From: Bacteroidota bacterium
GTDB taxonomy: Bacteria > Bacteroidota > Bacteroidia > 2-12-FULL-35-15
Assembly (NCBI GenBank): GCA_947476185.1
Contig: CANJPX010000010.1
Coordinates: forward strand, 574-64,573
Length of the DNA stretch: 64,000 bases
Reading direction: 5' to 3'
Shown here piece by piece: positions 1-10,454 of the stretch. Position numbers and translations under genes: made by a program. How positions within the stretch are numbered: the first letter of the stretch is position 1; each line of letters starts with the position of its first letter. The notes under the pieces are model-generated. The model ran no database searches. It worked only from the letters and a program-made list of their open reading frames with translations, and was not told the origin of the DNA.

Positions 1-19
1 TTACTAAAAAAACCGGACC

Positions 20-709
20 ATGAAACGCTATCTCCCAGCTCCTGCTTTTATTAGCTGCGCACTTATCCTTCTTTGCAGCTACGACAAATCAACCAAAGAA
101 TCGGAAGATCTGAACAAACAACTCGCAAACCCATATGATGTGATCATTGTTCCTGGAGTTCCTTATCAGAAGAGATCGATGAAAATGGTTTTGAAAGCAC
201 GTATTCTTTGGGCCAAGTATTTATTTGAAAGGGGGATCACTAAAAATATTATTTTTTCAGGAGCCTCTGTTTACACACCCTACGTGGAGAGTAAAGTAAT
301 GAAGATCTATGCAGATTCTTTGGGGTTGCCGGTAAAAAATATCCATTGTGAAGAGGAAGCAGAACATAGTACCGAAAACGTATTTTACTCGGTACAATTA
401 GCAAAAGAGCAAGGATTTAAAAGGATAGCGCTTGCTACAGATCCTTACCAAGCACATCTTTTAGGTAGATATATCAAAAAGAACTTCCCAGAAATAGAAA
501 TTATTACCATTAAGTATGAAAACATTAATATGAGATCAGAATGGCCTGAAATTAATGCAGAATCAGCCTATGCGGAGAGTTTCGTTTCTTTGGTAAAAAG
601 GGAAAACAGGATAAAAAGATTAAAAGGTACAATGGGTATGAATATTATTGACAATAAAAAAGACTCTTCTAGTTTTTATAGAAGAGTCCCTTTATTTGCC
701 AAGTATTAA
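20..709 (+). CDS. DUF218 (YdcF/SanA/ElyC-like) family protein, probable lipoprotein
   Basis: 229-aa ORF with a lipoprotein-like N-terminus (..ALILLCSYDK). The body (VIIVPGVP.., IIFSGASVY) resembles DUF218-fold proteins. Family call from motif memory only. Confidence 0.5.
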   Translation: MKRYLPAPAFISCALILLCSYDKSTKESEDLNKQLANPYDVIIVPGVPYQKRSMKMVLKARILWAKYLFERGITKNIIFSGASVYTPYVESKVMKIYADSLGLPVKNIHCEEEAEHSTENVFYSVQLAKEQGFKRIALATDPYQAHLLGRYIKKNFPEIEIITIKYENINMRSEWPEINAESAYAESFVSLVKRENRIKRLKGTMGMNIIDNKKDSSSFYRRVPLFAKY

Positions 710-710
710 A

Positions 711-1007
711 CTAACCTTGCAATTTTTCTTTGTGTTTTTTCACCTGAGCCTTTAGTGCATCAATACTTGTATCAACGGCCTCTTCAAAACTCTTACATTG
801 TTTTTTTGCGAACAGATCATTGCCTGCAATATGTAATTTTATTTCAGCAATTTTATTTTCCAAACCTTCTGATTTATCAAGTTTCAGAATAACTTCACTT
901 TTTATTATTCCATCATAATAATGGGTTAATTTATCTACTCGTTCTTCTACGAATGCTAACAATTTTTTGTCTGCATCGAAATGCACGGATTGAATTTTTA
1001 CGGTCAT
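711..1007 (-). CDS. hpf: ribosome hibernation promoting factor / ribosome-associated inhibitor A (sigma-54 modulation protein family)
   Basis: 98 aa. Start MTVKIQSVHFDADKKLLAFVEERVDKL..HYYDGIIKSEVILK is the typical HPF/RaiA fold sequence. Conserved position next to xerC and rpsU as in many Bacteroidota. Confidence 0.85.
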   Translation of the reverse strand: MTVKIQSVHFDADKKLLAFVEERVDKLTHYYDGIIKSEVILKLDKSEGLENKIAEIKLHIAGNDLFAKKQCKSFEEAVDTSIDALKAQVKKHKEKLQG

Positions 1008-1045
1008 GATACTGTCCTCCTATTATTTATTATTATTGATTATTG

Positions 1046-1930
1046 CTACCCCTTAGGATGTGCTTGTTTATGAATGTTTTTTAATTTTTCTACTGTGTTA
1101 TGCGTATATACTTGCGTTGCCGAAAGGTTTGCATGTCCAAGCAATTCTTTTATTGCATTTAAATCGGCCCCATTATTTAACATATGCGTTGCAAAAGTAT
1201 GACGTAAAACGTGCGGACTTTTTTTATCAATTGTTGTGACAAGTGAAAGGTAATTATTAACGAGGCGATAAACTAATTTTTCATACATTTTTTTTCCACT
1301 TTTCATTTCAAAAAGAAATTCATTCGGCAAATCCACTTTTTGAGATATATAATTTTGGAGACTGTTTTTCATCTCATTATTAAATGGTAAGATCCTTTCT
1401 TTATTTCGTTTACCCAACACTTTCAATTGACAGGCATAAAAATCCACATTTGCCTGCTTCAAATTTATCAACTCCGACAAACGGATTCCGGTTGCATAAA
1501 AAAGTTCAATTATTAATTTGTTGCGGACACCATCCACATCGTCTCCGAAATCTACATTATCGATAAGCACATTCATATTGTCCTTTTCAATAAATACAGG
1601 TAATCGTTTTGATGTTTTCGGGGACATGATCTTCAACATCGGATTTTCTTTGACACTATTTTGCCTCAAAAGATATTTGTAGAAGGTTTTAAGAGTAGTG
1701 ATCTTGCGATTGACAGAACGAGGACTGATCTTTTGATCCATCAATTCAACAATCCAGGAACGGACAACTGTATGATTGATCTCTGAAATATTTTTTATAT
1801 TGTATGTGGTTTGTAGAAAGGAACAGAATTGATCCAGATCGGAGGAGTAAGCCAAAATAGTATGGCTTGACAATCGTTTTTCGAATTGAAGGTATTGTAA
1901 AAAACTATCCCGGCTAGCATCCATAAACAA
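1046..1930 (-). CDS. xerC: tyrosine site-specific recombinase, XerC/XerD family
   Basis: 294 aa with the C-terminal catalytic region HVLRHTFATHMLNNGADLNAIKELLGHANLSATQVYTH (R..H..R..Y tyrosine recombinase motifs). Housekeeping synteny rpsU-xerC-hpf. Confidence 0.8.
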   Translation of the reverse strand: MFMDASRDSFLQYLQFEKRLSSHTILAYSSDLDQFCSFLQTTYNIKNISEINHTVVRSWIVELMDQKISPRSVNRKITTLKTFYKYLLRQNSVKENPMLKIMSPKTSKRLPVFIEKDNMNVLIDNVDFGDDVDGVRNKLIIELFYATGIRLSELINLKQANVDFYACQLKVLGKRNKERILPFNNEMKNSLQNYISQKVDLPNEFLFEMKSGKKMYEKLVYRLVNNYLSLVTTIDKKSPHVLRHTFATHMLNNGADLNAIKELLGHANLSATQVYTHNTVEKLKNIHKQAHPKG

Positions 1931-2065
1931 AAAGGAGAATTACACAGATAATCCAAAAAATAAAGAGGAAAAATCTACCTGTTTAACGTTTATAACTGAT
2001 TAAAGTTATAGACAAACCCGTATATTTTTCCTCTTCAGGAAATATTTAACAAATGCAAAGAAGAA

Positions 2066-2260
2066 TTATGCTTCTTCGTTACGTTGCATTTTTTCTTTAT
2101 AGATCGCTTTAATTTTAGCTTCGCGGAAAACTACAGAAGGCTTAATGAACTTTGAACGCTCACGTAATTCTTTAACAACACCCGTTTTTTCAAATTTCTT
2201 TTTGAATTTCTTTAGTGCTTTTTCGATTGCTTCGCCTTCTTTAACTTGTACTATTAACAT
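2066..2260 (-). CDS. rpsU: 30S ribosomal protein S21
   Basis: 64 aa, highly basic. MLIVQVKEGEAIEKALKKFKKKFEKTGVVKELRERS.. matches bS21. Confidence 0.9.
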   Translation of the reverse strand: MLIVQVKEGEAIEKALKKFKKKFEKTGVVKELRERSKFIKPSVVFREAKIKAIYKEKMQRNEEA

Positions 2261-2443
2261 CTTTTAAATTTTTGATTTGTTGATTTATTGAATTGGAGAA
2301 TAAAATAATTCACCAATCTTATTTTCCCAATTACTTAATTGGGGGTGCAAATATAATTAAATTTTCTAAATTATAAATCCAAATCCCTGAATTTTTTCAA
2401 TTTTTTTCTGATTTTGCCAAAAAGATCAAAGAGAAAATGGATC

Positions 2444-3583
2444 TTATTTCATTATTTCCCGAGCAATAACCATCTTTTGAATCTCAGAGGTTCCCTCACC
2501 AATAGTACACAATTTACTATCACGGTAATATTTTTCTGCCGGAAAATCCTTTGTATATCCATAACCACCAAAGATCTGAACAGCTTCGTTTGATGTTCTA
2601 ACAGCTACTTCAGATGCATAATATTTTGCATAAGCACCTTCTTTGGTCATTTTTTCACCTTTATTTTTTTTATCTGCAGCAAAAAGTGTCAATAATTCGG
2701 CGGCTTCAATTTCGGTTGCCATATCTGCCAACTTAAATGAAATTGCCTGAAACTGAGAAATTGGTTTTCCAAATTGCTCACGCTCTTTAGAATATTTAAG
2801 TGCGCAGTCAAAAGCTCCTTTTGCAATTCCAACTGCCAAGGATGCGATGGAAATACGTCCACCATCCAAGACTTTCATCGCTTGAATAAATCCATCTCCT
2901 TCTTTGCCTAACATCTGATCTTTGTGAACACGACAATTATCAAAAATCAACTCTGCTGTTTCAGAAGCACGCATGCCCAATTTATTTTCTTTTTTCCCTG
3001 ATTTAAATCCCGGTGTTCCTTTTTCGATAATGAAAGCAGTCATTCCGTGAGAATCTCCTTTTTCACCAGTACGCGCAATTACAACTGCTACATTTCCACT
3101 GATCGCATGCGTAATAAAATTTTTAGAACCGTTAAGCACATAAAAATCACCCTCCTTTTTTGCAGTTGTGGTCATTCCACCCGAATCAGAACCTGTTCCA
3201 GTTTCTGTTAAGCCCCAAGCACCTATCCATTCTGCCGTTGCCAATTTTGGAAGATATTTTTTCTTTTGTTCTTCATTCCCGAATGCTAAGATATGACCTG
3301 TACACAAAGAGTTGTGAGCCGCCATTGACAATCCGATCGAACCACAGATCTTTGACAATTCAACTATTGCAGTTACGTATTCCGTATAAGAAAAACCTGA
3401 ACCGCCATATTCCTGAGGCACCAAAACGCCCATCAATCCAAGTTCTCCAAGTTTTTTAAAAACTTCGATAGGAAACTCTTGTGATTCATCCCATTCCATC
3501 ATTTTAGGACGAATATGATCCGCTCCAAATTTTTTAATCATATCAGCGATCATTCGCTGATTTTCATTCGTGCTAAAGTCCAT
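2444..3583 (-). CDS. acyl-CoA dehydrogenase (short/branched-chain type)
   Basis: 379 aa with typical ACAD motifs (GLTE..GSD, catalytic C-terminal region ..IYEGTSEIQ..). Confidence 0.85.
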   Translation of the reverse strand: MDFSTNENQRMIADMIKKFGADHIRPKMMEWDESQEFPIEVFKKLGELGLMGVLVPQEYGGSGFSYTEYVTAIVELSKICGSIGLSMAAHNSLCTGHILAFGNEEQKKKYLPKLATAEWIGAWGLTETGTGSDSGGMTTTAKKEGDFYVLNGSKNFITHAISGNVAVVIARTGEKGDSHGMTAFIIEKGTPGFKSGKKENKLGMRASETAELIFDNCRVHKDQMLGKEGDGFIQAMKVLDGGRISIASLAVGIAKGAFDCALKYSKEREQFGKPISQFQAISFKLADMATEIEAAELLTLFAADKKNKGEKMTKEGAYAKYYASEVAVRTSNEAVQIFGGYGYTKDFPAEKYYRDSKLCTIGEGTSEIQKMVIAREIMK

Positions 3584-3684
3584 TGTTGTAGTATTAATTT
3601 CTTAAGAATGACAAAAATATAAATTTTATTGGAATGCAAAATTTTTGACTTCAGATAATATATTTTTGGGGCGGACGCTTTAAT

Positions 3685-3728
3685 CTTTAAAAATTCATAT
3701 AGCACGCAGCAAAGCTGTGTGCTATATG
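3685..3728 (-). terminator. candidate rho-independent terminator downstream of the T9SS cargo gene
   Basis: Inverted repeat catatagcacgcag/ctgtgtgctatatg (one mismatch), followed on the minus strand by a short T-run (aattttt). Confidence 0.4.
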
Positions 3729-3759
3729 AAAAATCAAAAGCAAAAACAAGCTATCTAGA

Positions 3760-5517
3760 TTAATTCCTTATAAGCTTAACTATTTTAGAAGACTCTCCTT
3801 TTACAAAAAGAAAATAAACACCACGATCAAATTCAGACAATGAAATTCTTGTATTTGCATCGTCAATTTTTCCTTGGATAATAACTCTGCCAATATTATC
3901 AGTTACAGTATAGTTCATACCTATGATTCGTTGATCGGCACTAATATTAAATTCACCATTGGAAGGATTAGGGAAAACAACTAAATGATTTAGTACATCT
4001 AATTCATCCACTCCGATATACGTTTCTAAAACAACGATGCTTGAAGCGGTACAGCCAAACGAATTTGTCGCAACTATTGAATAATTGCCGGTAACAGAAA
4101 TAACATAAACAGATGAATCAGCACCTGGTATCGGATTTCCATTTAAATACCATTGCAATTGGAAACCTGTGGTATAACACGTTAAAGTATTGCCACTGAT
4201 TAGAAAAGTTGGATTATACGGGATTGGTGCAACAAAAACATTTTGCTGGTTACTATTAGAACTACAGCCATTGGCATTCGTTAATTGCGCCCAATAATTA
4301 CCTGCTTGATTTACCATAATAGAAGAAGTATCACCATTGACAACGGATGTTGTATCGTTATACCATTGAATAGTACTTGAACCGACACCAGTAACACTTA
4401 GCATAACTGAATCTCCCAGACATATCGTATCGTTTCCTGAAAGAGATATTGCAGATGGGGGTGTAGGTGCAGGATAAACATGGACAGTATCATAATTCAT
4501 AAAGGTTTGGACAACATAACTGGCAACGACTATATTACCCGAAGTTCCAGCTGCTCCACTGAAAGGGATCGTACCAGTTCCAGATACACTAAAAGGAAAA
4601 CTGCCCAAATTATCGTCAGCAGAAATATTATCCTCATCCCAAATTGTAATAGAATATGGGGGGTCAATTAAAATAATATTGAGACTATTCCATGACCCTG
4701 ACTCTGTACCGCTTAATGATGCAGACGTATAGAGGTTTGTGGAAAGTGAATTAAAAATCTGAAAATAGGGGTCAGGACTAAAAAATGTTGAGCTCGGCTC
4801 TTCGACATCTCCACTCCAATTACTATTCACACTAAAGAGATTTACATCGGTTATCTTATATCCTAAAATATCCGTTTGCAAAGAGACAACATAATCACCA
4901 GGTGAAGAATATAATTGCGCAGAAGGATGTTGCAAAGTGCTCGTATTTCCGTTTCCGAAATTCCAATTATAAACAGTTGGATTTGGTGCCCCATCGATAA
5001 GTGCATCAAAATTTACAAGTGCAGTATCGCAGGACATTGCAGGACTGAATGTAAATCCGGAATTTCCACCGGCAACAGGATCTATTTGAACAAAAATCTG
5101 AGTTGTTGAATTCTGGTTTCCTACTGTAGCAAGATTTACAACTAGATTCACATCTATGGTAAAAAAGCCCGATTGTAAAGGAGTTCCACAAATTTTTACA
5201 CAACCTCTAATATTCACATTTGGATCGTATTGGCATCCGGTGGCTGCGTTATTACATTCCCAATGCAATCCAAAAGGCAATCCGGAAACCCCAATAATCT
5301 TGAAATAATTAACAGCAAAACCAGAAGTATCAAGGAACATAACAAAAGTAACATCTTCAGAATAAGGAACTGTTTGTGTTCCGGTGGGAAGGGTGGTTGG
5401 ATATATTCCCGGACTATTTAATGAAGAATCAATATGGCAACCGGGACATTGTCCAAATGAAACATTATAAATAAGAAAAGAGAGAGAAAAGAATAATCCA
5501 AGAGTAATTTTTTTCAT
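3760..5517 (-). CDS. secreted protein with Ig-like/PKD-type repeats and T9SS type A C-terminal sorting domain
   Basis: 585 aa. N-terminal signal peptide, Cys-rich beta-repeat body. C-terminus ..VVFPNPSNGEFNIS..YTVTDNIGRVI..GVYFLFVKGE.. is the characteristic Por/T9SS C-terminal domain. Confidence 0.75.
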   Translation of the reverse strand: MKKITLGLFFSLSFLIYNVSFGQCPGCHIDSSLNSPGIYPTTLPTGTQTVPYSEDVTFVMFLDTSGFAVNYFKIIGVSGLPFGLHWECNNAATGCQYDPNVNIRGCVKICGTPLQSGFFTIDVNLVVNLATVGNQNSTTQIFVQIDPVAGGNSGFTFSPAMSCDTALVNFDALIDGAPNPTVYNWNFGNGNTSTLQHPSAQLYSSPGDYVVSLQTDILGYKITDVNLFSVNSNWSGDVEEPSSTFFSPDPYFQIFNSLSTNLYTSASLSGTESGSWNSLNIILIDPPYSITIWDEDNISADDNLGSFPFSVSGTGTIPFSGAAGTSGNIVVASYVVQTFMNYDTVHVYPAPTPPSAISLSGNDTICLGDSVMLSVTGVGSSTIQWYNDTTSVVNGDTSSIMVNQAGNYWAQLTNANGCSSNSNQQNVFVAPIPYNPTFLISGNTLTCYTTGFQLQWYLNGNPIPGADSSVYVISVTGNYSIVATNSFGCTASSIVVLETYIGVDELDVLNHLVVFPNPSNGEFNISADQRIIGMNYTVTDNIGRVIIQGKIDDANTRISLSEFDRGVYFLFVKGESSKIVKLIRN

Positions 5518-5593
5518 AGTGAGTAGTTTAGTTCAAAAACAAATATATAAAAAATACCATTTTACAAAAAAAAACTTACAACCAGAAATATTC

Positions 5594-6121
5594 CTAATAA
5601 TTGACTAAACTAATAATAGTTGAGGAGTATGGTGCTAATTTTTCTCTACCTTTTAGGAAATCAAGCTCCACAACAAAAGCAAATCCGGCAACATTTCCCT
5701 GTTGCATTTGAATTAACTTAACCGCAGCTTCTGCCGTACCACCTGTAGCCAACAAGTCATCGTGAATCAAAACATTCCAGCCGGGCTGAATTTCATCGAT
5801 CTGCATTTCTACTTTTGCACTCCCATATTCCAGATCATACTCGTATGCAATTTTTTTATACGGCAGCTTTCCCGCTTTTCGCACCAGAATAAAAGGAATA
5901 TTCATTTTGTTCGCCAGTGCAAATCCAAATAAAAAGCCGCGGCTTTCAACTCCAACAATAGCATTGATATTTTTATCAGCAACCCGTTCGGCAAATTCAT
6001 TTACAATTTCGTTGCACAATTGCTGATTATGAAAAATAGGTGTTATGTCTTTAAATAATATTCCCGGTTTTGGAAAGTCTTCGACATCGCGAATGATCCC
6101 TTTTATTTTTTTTTGTAACAT
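5594..6121 (-). CDS. apt: adenine phosphoribosyltransferase
   Basis: 175 aa. ..DFPKPGILFKDITP.. and the PRPP-binding loop VELDFLKG / HDDLLATGGT. Confidence 0.85.
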   Translation of the reverse strand: MLQKKIKGIIRDVEDFPKPGILFKDITPIFHNQQLCNEIVNEFAERVADKNINAIVGVESRGFLFGFALANKMNIPFILVRKAGKLPYKKIAYEYDLEYGSAKVEMQIDEIQPGWNVLIHDDLLATGGTAEAAVKLIQMQQGNVAGFAFVVELDFLKGREKLAPYSSTIISLVNY

Positions 6122-6213
6122 ATCTCGTTTATTAATTATGAGTAACTCATTCTTCCGTTTCCTTGCAAGGAAGAAATTTCTTCGGAATTATAAGCTAGCT
6201 CGTTTTACAAATT

Positions 6214-7173
6214 TTAATCTAAAATTAAATACGGTACAATTTTACGGTATGTTTCGTCATCTACCAAATCTGTTTTTTTTATTTCATCAACCGATTTGTA
6301 TTTACCATGACTTTTACGATAATTTACAATTGCATTTGCAACATTCCATTTGATATAGCCATTTTTAAGATCTGCAACTTCACAAGTATTGATGTTGATC
6401 CTTTTTATTTTTGATGGATCGATCCCAATATATTTTTCAATGACATCCAATTTCTCCTGGTCAAATTTCCATATCTCCAACAACTGTTCTTTTGAAACAA
6501 AGCCTCCGATCGAATTACGGTATTTAATTATATTCTTAGCGTAGAAAGGTCCTATGCCTTTAATGGTTGTAAGTTGAGAAGAATCAGCAGAATTCAATTC
6601 TATTAAAATCACCATTTCTGCTTTTATAGTTTTCAAACTTGCGGCATTTTTAACTTTTCCATTTTGGAAAACTGCTTTTGTATTTTCACTACTTCGATTT
6701 TCGTCACCTGCAGAAGCAAAATGAATGAAGGGTTCCAACGAATCATAGAGCTCTTCCTTGATACAATACATTTTCTTCACATCTTCTTTCTTTCTGAATT
6801 TCCCTCCTTTTGATTCATAGTTTTTAATGGACTTAATTTGTTTTTCATTTAAGCCCAAGCGTTTCCATTCTCCTACCGATAAATTATTCGGGTCAAAATT
6901 GAAACGTTCCACCTTTGTTTTATCAGGAAAAGCATTCTCCAATTTGGGAGTAACTTTCTCAGGACATTCCGAGGAACTTGCTTTTTCTTTTATCGAAGCC
7001 TGAAAGACCTGGACATCTTTATCAAACTTTGTAAAATCCACTTTCTCCTGATTGATAAAACGAGAAGAAATATTCAGATAAAGGATCAATGCGCAAATAA
7101 TTCCTGTCAGAATAAATACGCCGTTACGTTCACGTTTATTAAACGTAAAAAAATCTCGAAAAATGTTTTTCAT
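6214..7173 (-). CDS. ComEA-like helix-hairpin-helix DNA-binding protein with N-terminal membrane anchor
   Basis: 319 aa, one TM helix near the N-terminus. Two HhH motifs (..LNSADSSQLTTIKGIGPFYAKNII.. and ..INTCEVADLKNGYIKWNVANAIV..). Confidence 0.65.
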   Translation of the reverse strand: MKNIFRDFFTFNKRERNGVFILTGIICALILYLNISSRFINQEKVDFTKFDKDVQVFQASIKEKASSSECPEKVTPKLENAFPDKTKVERFNFDPNNLSVGEWKRLGLNEKQIKSIKNYESKGGKFRKKEDVKKMYCIKEELYDSLEPFIHFASAGDENRSSENTKAVFQNGKVKNAASLKTIKAEMVILIELNSADSSQLTTIKGIGPFYAKNIIKYRNSIGGFVSKEQLLEIWKFDQEKLDVIEKYIGIDPSKIKRININTCEVADLKNGYIKWNVANAIVNYRKSHGKYKSVDEIKKTDLVDDETYRKIVPYLILD

Positions 7174-7300
7174 AAATTTACAGCTCCAAATTATTAGTTA
7201 ATAATTTATTATACCATTCAACATTTGTCTTTTTCGACAAGCGTTGCATTAATACGTGTTGGAGCAGTAAGTAAAAATTGGAGCAGTAAAAATTTATTGC

Positions 7301-8767
7301 TTAGTTGAGTGCTGGACGCTTCTGCGTGAGATAATAAACAGGAATGCCTATAAAAACACAAATAAGACCGAATCCGGTATTTCTACCATCATAAATAATT
7401 AATATTGTACAAATAGCCAAAGCCGACAAAATATAAAGTGCGGGAATAACAGGATATCCGAAAGCTTTATAAGGGCGTTCTGTATCAGGTTCTTTTCTTC
7501 TCAACACAAAAAGTCCGGCAATTGTAACGATATAAAAAATCATTGAAGCAAAAGTTGAATAATTCACTAAGTCGCTATATGTACCGGAAAGACAGAGTGC
7601 ACAAGCCCAGGCACATTGTATCCATAAAGCAAAAGAAGGAACATTGTTTGAATTTAAGGTCCCCGCTTTCTTCAAAAATAATTTCTCCTTAGCCATAGCA
7701 TAGTACACTCTTGCTCCAGCCAAAATCAATCCATTATTGCAACCGAAAGTTGAGATCATAATCAATCCGGCCATGATGAACAATGCAACATTTCCAAAGA
7801 TCATCGTAGCAGCGCTTGCTCCTACTCTGTCATTTGTTGCAAACTGGATCCCCTGCCCGAAAGCATCATTTGCCAAAGGGTCTCCCTTCAAAGGAAGTAA
7901 AGCCAGGTAGGCCACATTAGCCAAAATATACAATACGGTTACAAGGAGTGTTCCTAGAAATAAACTTCGTGGAATATTTTTTTTAGGATCTTTTATTTCC
8001 CCTGCAATGAATGTCACATTGTTCCAAGCATCAGCTGAAAAAAGTGAATTTATTATTGTTGACCCCATTGCACCAATCAATGCAAATCCTGCAAGGTGAG
8101 AAATACTTATCGAGCCATCTTTATTTATTGTTGTTGTGCTGGCATCCCATGCATTTTTAAAATTTTCTGCCAAGGTATTGCTTTTGAAAGCCATCGCTAT
8201 TCCAAGAACTATCAATGCAAATAAGGCAAACAACTTTGTAGAAGTGAAAACAAGTTGAATTAATTTCCCATTTCTAATGCCACGAGTATTTGAAAAAGTG
8301 AGCAGCAAAATGGAGATGATTGCTAAGATCTGTTTCCAGGTAATTACAAATGCACCATCAGCAATTGAAATGATCTGTCCTTGTAGTTCAGGAAAAAATA
8401 TTGCGGAATAATTTGCAAAAGCCACGGCAACAGCAGCGATAACGCCTGTTTGAATAACAGTGAAAACTGTCCATCCGTAAAGGAAAGAAATTAAATTACC
8501 AAAAGCTCTTTGAATATAAACGAACTGTCCGCCTGCTTTGGGCATCATACCAGCTAATTCACCATAACTCAATGCCGCCAGCACCGTTATCACTCCTGTA
8601 ATTATCCAAAGTAAAAGTAAATACCCTGCTGAACCAACTGCTCGCGACATACTTGCGCTAACAATAAAAATTCCGGAACCAATCATTGATCCGGCAACGA
8701 TCATTGTTGCATCAACTAAACCTAGTACACGTTTTAATTCCGGTTGCTCTTCTTTCATAATTTTCAC
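7301..8767 (-). CDS. amino acid permease (APC superfamily)
   Basis: 488 aa, about 12 predicted TM segments. N-terminal ..KRVLGLVDATMIVAGSMIGSGIF.. signature of APC transporters. Confidence 0.85.
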   Translation of the reverse strand: MKIMKEEQPELKRVLGLVDATMIVAGSMIGSGIFIVSASMSRAVGSAGYLLLLWIITGVITVLAALSYGELAGMMPKAGGQFVYIQRAFGNLISFLYGWTVFTVIQTGVIAAVAVAFANYSAIFFPELQGQIISIADGAFVITWKQILAIISILLLTFSNTRGIRNGKLIQLVFTSTKLFALFALIVLGIAMAFKSNTLAENFKNAWDASTTTINKDGSISISHLAGFALIGAMGSTIINSLFSADAWNNVTFIAGEIKDPKKNIPRSLFLGTLLVTVLYILANVAYLALLPLKGDPLANDAFGQGIQFATNDRVGASAATMIFGNVALFIMAGLIMISTFGCNNGLILAGARVYYAMAKEKLFLKKAGTLNSNNVPSFALWIQCAWACALCLSGTYSDLVNYSTFASMIFYIVTIAGLFVLRRKEPDTERPYKAFGYPVIPALYILSALAICTILIIYDGRNTGFGLICVFIGIPVYYLTQKRPALN

Positions 8768-8856
8768 CGCTAAGGCACAAATATTTATTTTGAAAAATAT
8801 TAAATCTACGGTTTTAAAAAAAGACGGAATGAACCGCCCTTCCCTAAAATAAATAT

Positions 8857-10356
8857 TTATTTTTTATCCTTATCAGGATTATTCAGTTTACTATTTTTAA
8901 TACTGTATCCGAAATAAATTATGAAACCAATAGCTAACCAAATGATCAATCGTAACCAAGTATCTCCAGGCAAAGCAACCATCATTGCCAAACAAGAAAC
9001 GATTCCTAAGATTGGGACCAATGGAACAAATGGTGTTTTAAATTCTCTAGGCAAGTCAGGTTGTTTTTTGCGCAATACTATTACACCTACACATACAAGC
9101 ACAAAAGCAAGTAAAGTTCCTATGCTAGTCATTTCACCTACAACACGGGCTGGAACGAAAGCGGCAAACAAACTAACGAACAACATGAATAATAAATTTG
9201 ATTTTGAAGGTGTTCCGAATTTAGGATGTACTTTCGAAAATATTTTTGGTAGTAAGCCGTCTTTTGACATTGAAAAAAATACGCGCGACTGCCCCATTAA
9301 CATCACCATGATCACAGAAGAATATCCTGCAAGAATTGCAATAATGATCGCCTTGTTTAACCAAGGATAAGCAGGAACTATCACTCCATCCGCTCCGGCA
9401 GTTCCCATATGGTCAATAGCAACAGCAACGGGTGCAATACCATCTGCACCTTGAAAACTGGTATAGTTTGCCACACCGGTCATAACATGCGCAAACAAAA
9501 TATACAGAACAGTACAAATTGCCAATGAAACCAAGATACCTATCGGCATATCGCGTTTTGGGTTTTTTGCTTCCTGAGCTGCTGTCGAAACAGCATCAAA
9601 ACCAATGTATGCGAAGAAAATTATCCCAGCAGCACGAACAATTCCGCTCCATCCGAAACTTCCAAAATCACCTGTATTTACAGGAATATATGGATGATAG
9701 TTTTCAGAATTAATAAACCCCCAACCAAGAATTATAAAAATAAGTACAACAATAACTTTTAAAGCAACAATAAAATTATTTACCGCAGCGGATTCACGGG
9801 TTCCTTTTATTAGTAATAATGACATTAACACTACGATGAAAATTGCGGGAAAATTAATCATTCCATGCACAACAGTACCATCTGCGAGAGTAGCAGAATC
9901 AAATGGTGACATTGTCATTGATGCAGGCAAATGAATATCATAATATCCTAAAAATTTTACAAAATATCTTGACCAACTAATGGAAACGGTAGCAGCACCA
10001 ACGGCATATTCAAGGACAAGATCCCATCCGATTATCCAAGCAATAAATTCTCCCATGGTAGCATAAGAATATGTATAAGCACTTCCTGCGACAGGGATCA
10101 TGGAAGCAAATTCGGCATAACACAAACCTGCAAAACCACAAGCTACTGCAGCAATAATAAAGGATATTGTAACAGCAGGTCCTGCATTATTTCCAGCAGC
10201 ACCACCTGTAATTGAAAAAAGTCCGGCACCGATAATCGCGCCAATTCCTAAGGCAACAAGAGAACGGGCACCAAGAGTACGCTTCAAACTTCCATGTTCT
10301 TCTGATGCTTCTCCTTGTAAAGAGCTGATCGATTTTTTGATCCAAAGGTTTGCCAT
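8857..10356 (-). CDS. amino acid permease (APC superfamily), tandem paralogue
   Basis: 499 aa polytopic membrane protein. ..LKRTLGARSLVALGIGAIIGAGLF.. APC signature. Adjacent to a second APC permease. Confidence 0.85.
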   Translation of the reverse strand: MANLWIKKSISSLQGEASEEHGSLKRTLGARSLVALGIGAIIGAGLFSITGGAAGNNAGPAVTISFIIAAVACGFAGLCYAEFASMIPVAGSAYTYSYATMGEFIAWIIGWDLVLEYAVGAATVSISWSRYFVKFLGYYDIHLPASMTMSPFDSATLADGTVVHGMINFPAIFIVVLMSLLLIKGTRESAAVNNFIVALKVIVVLIFIILGWGFINSENYHPYIPVNTGDFGSFGWSGIVRAAGIIFFAYIGFDAVSTAAQEAKNPKRDMPIGILVSLAICTVLYILFAHVMTGVANYTSFQGADGIAPVAVAIDHMGTAGADGVIVPAYPWLNKAIIIAILAGYSSVIMVMLMGQSRVFFSMSKDGLLPKIFSKVHPKFGTPSKSNLLFMLFVSLFAAFVPARVVGEMTSIGTLLAFVLVCVGVIVLRKKQPDLPREFKTPFVPLVPILGIVSCLAMMVALPGDTWLRLIIWLAIGFIIYFGYSIKNSKLNNPDKDKK

Positions 10357-10454
10357 ATATTGCGTCTTTTAAATTTGTATGAGTTCCAAATATATACAAG
10401 TTTTAATTAGAAATCCAAATATATCAATTCCGTTTCCCTATTTTTACTAACATT

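Noticed and set aside
1046-1930. Tyrosine recombinase as the integrase of a mobile element
   Set aside because: It sits in the conserved housekeeping arrangement rpsU-xerC-hpf. There are no flanking direct repeats, tRNA target or cargo genes, and no GC shift.
2321-2340. Hairpin CCCAATTACTTAATTGGG as a terminator for the acyl-CoA dehydrogenase gene
   Set aside because: It lies over 100 nt downstream and is not followed by a T-run on the relevant (minus) strand. Possibly a regulatory palindrome for rpsU, but unsupported.
6045-6353. 102-aa + strand ORF spanning the apt/ComEA junction
   Set aside because: It overlaps two well-supported minus-strand genes and has a low-complexity translation.
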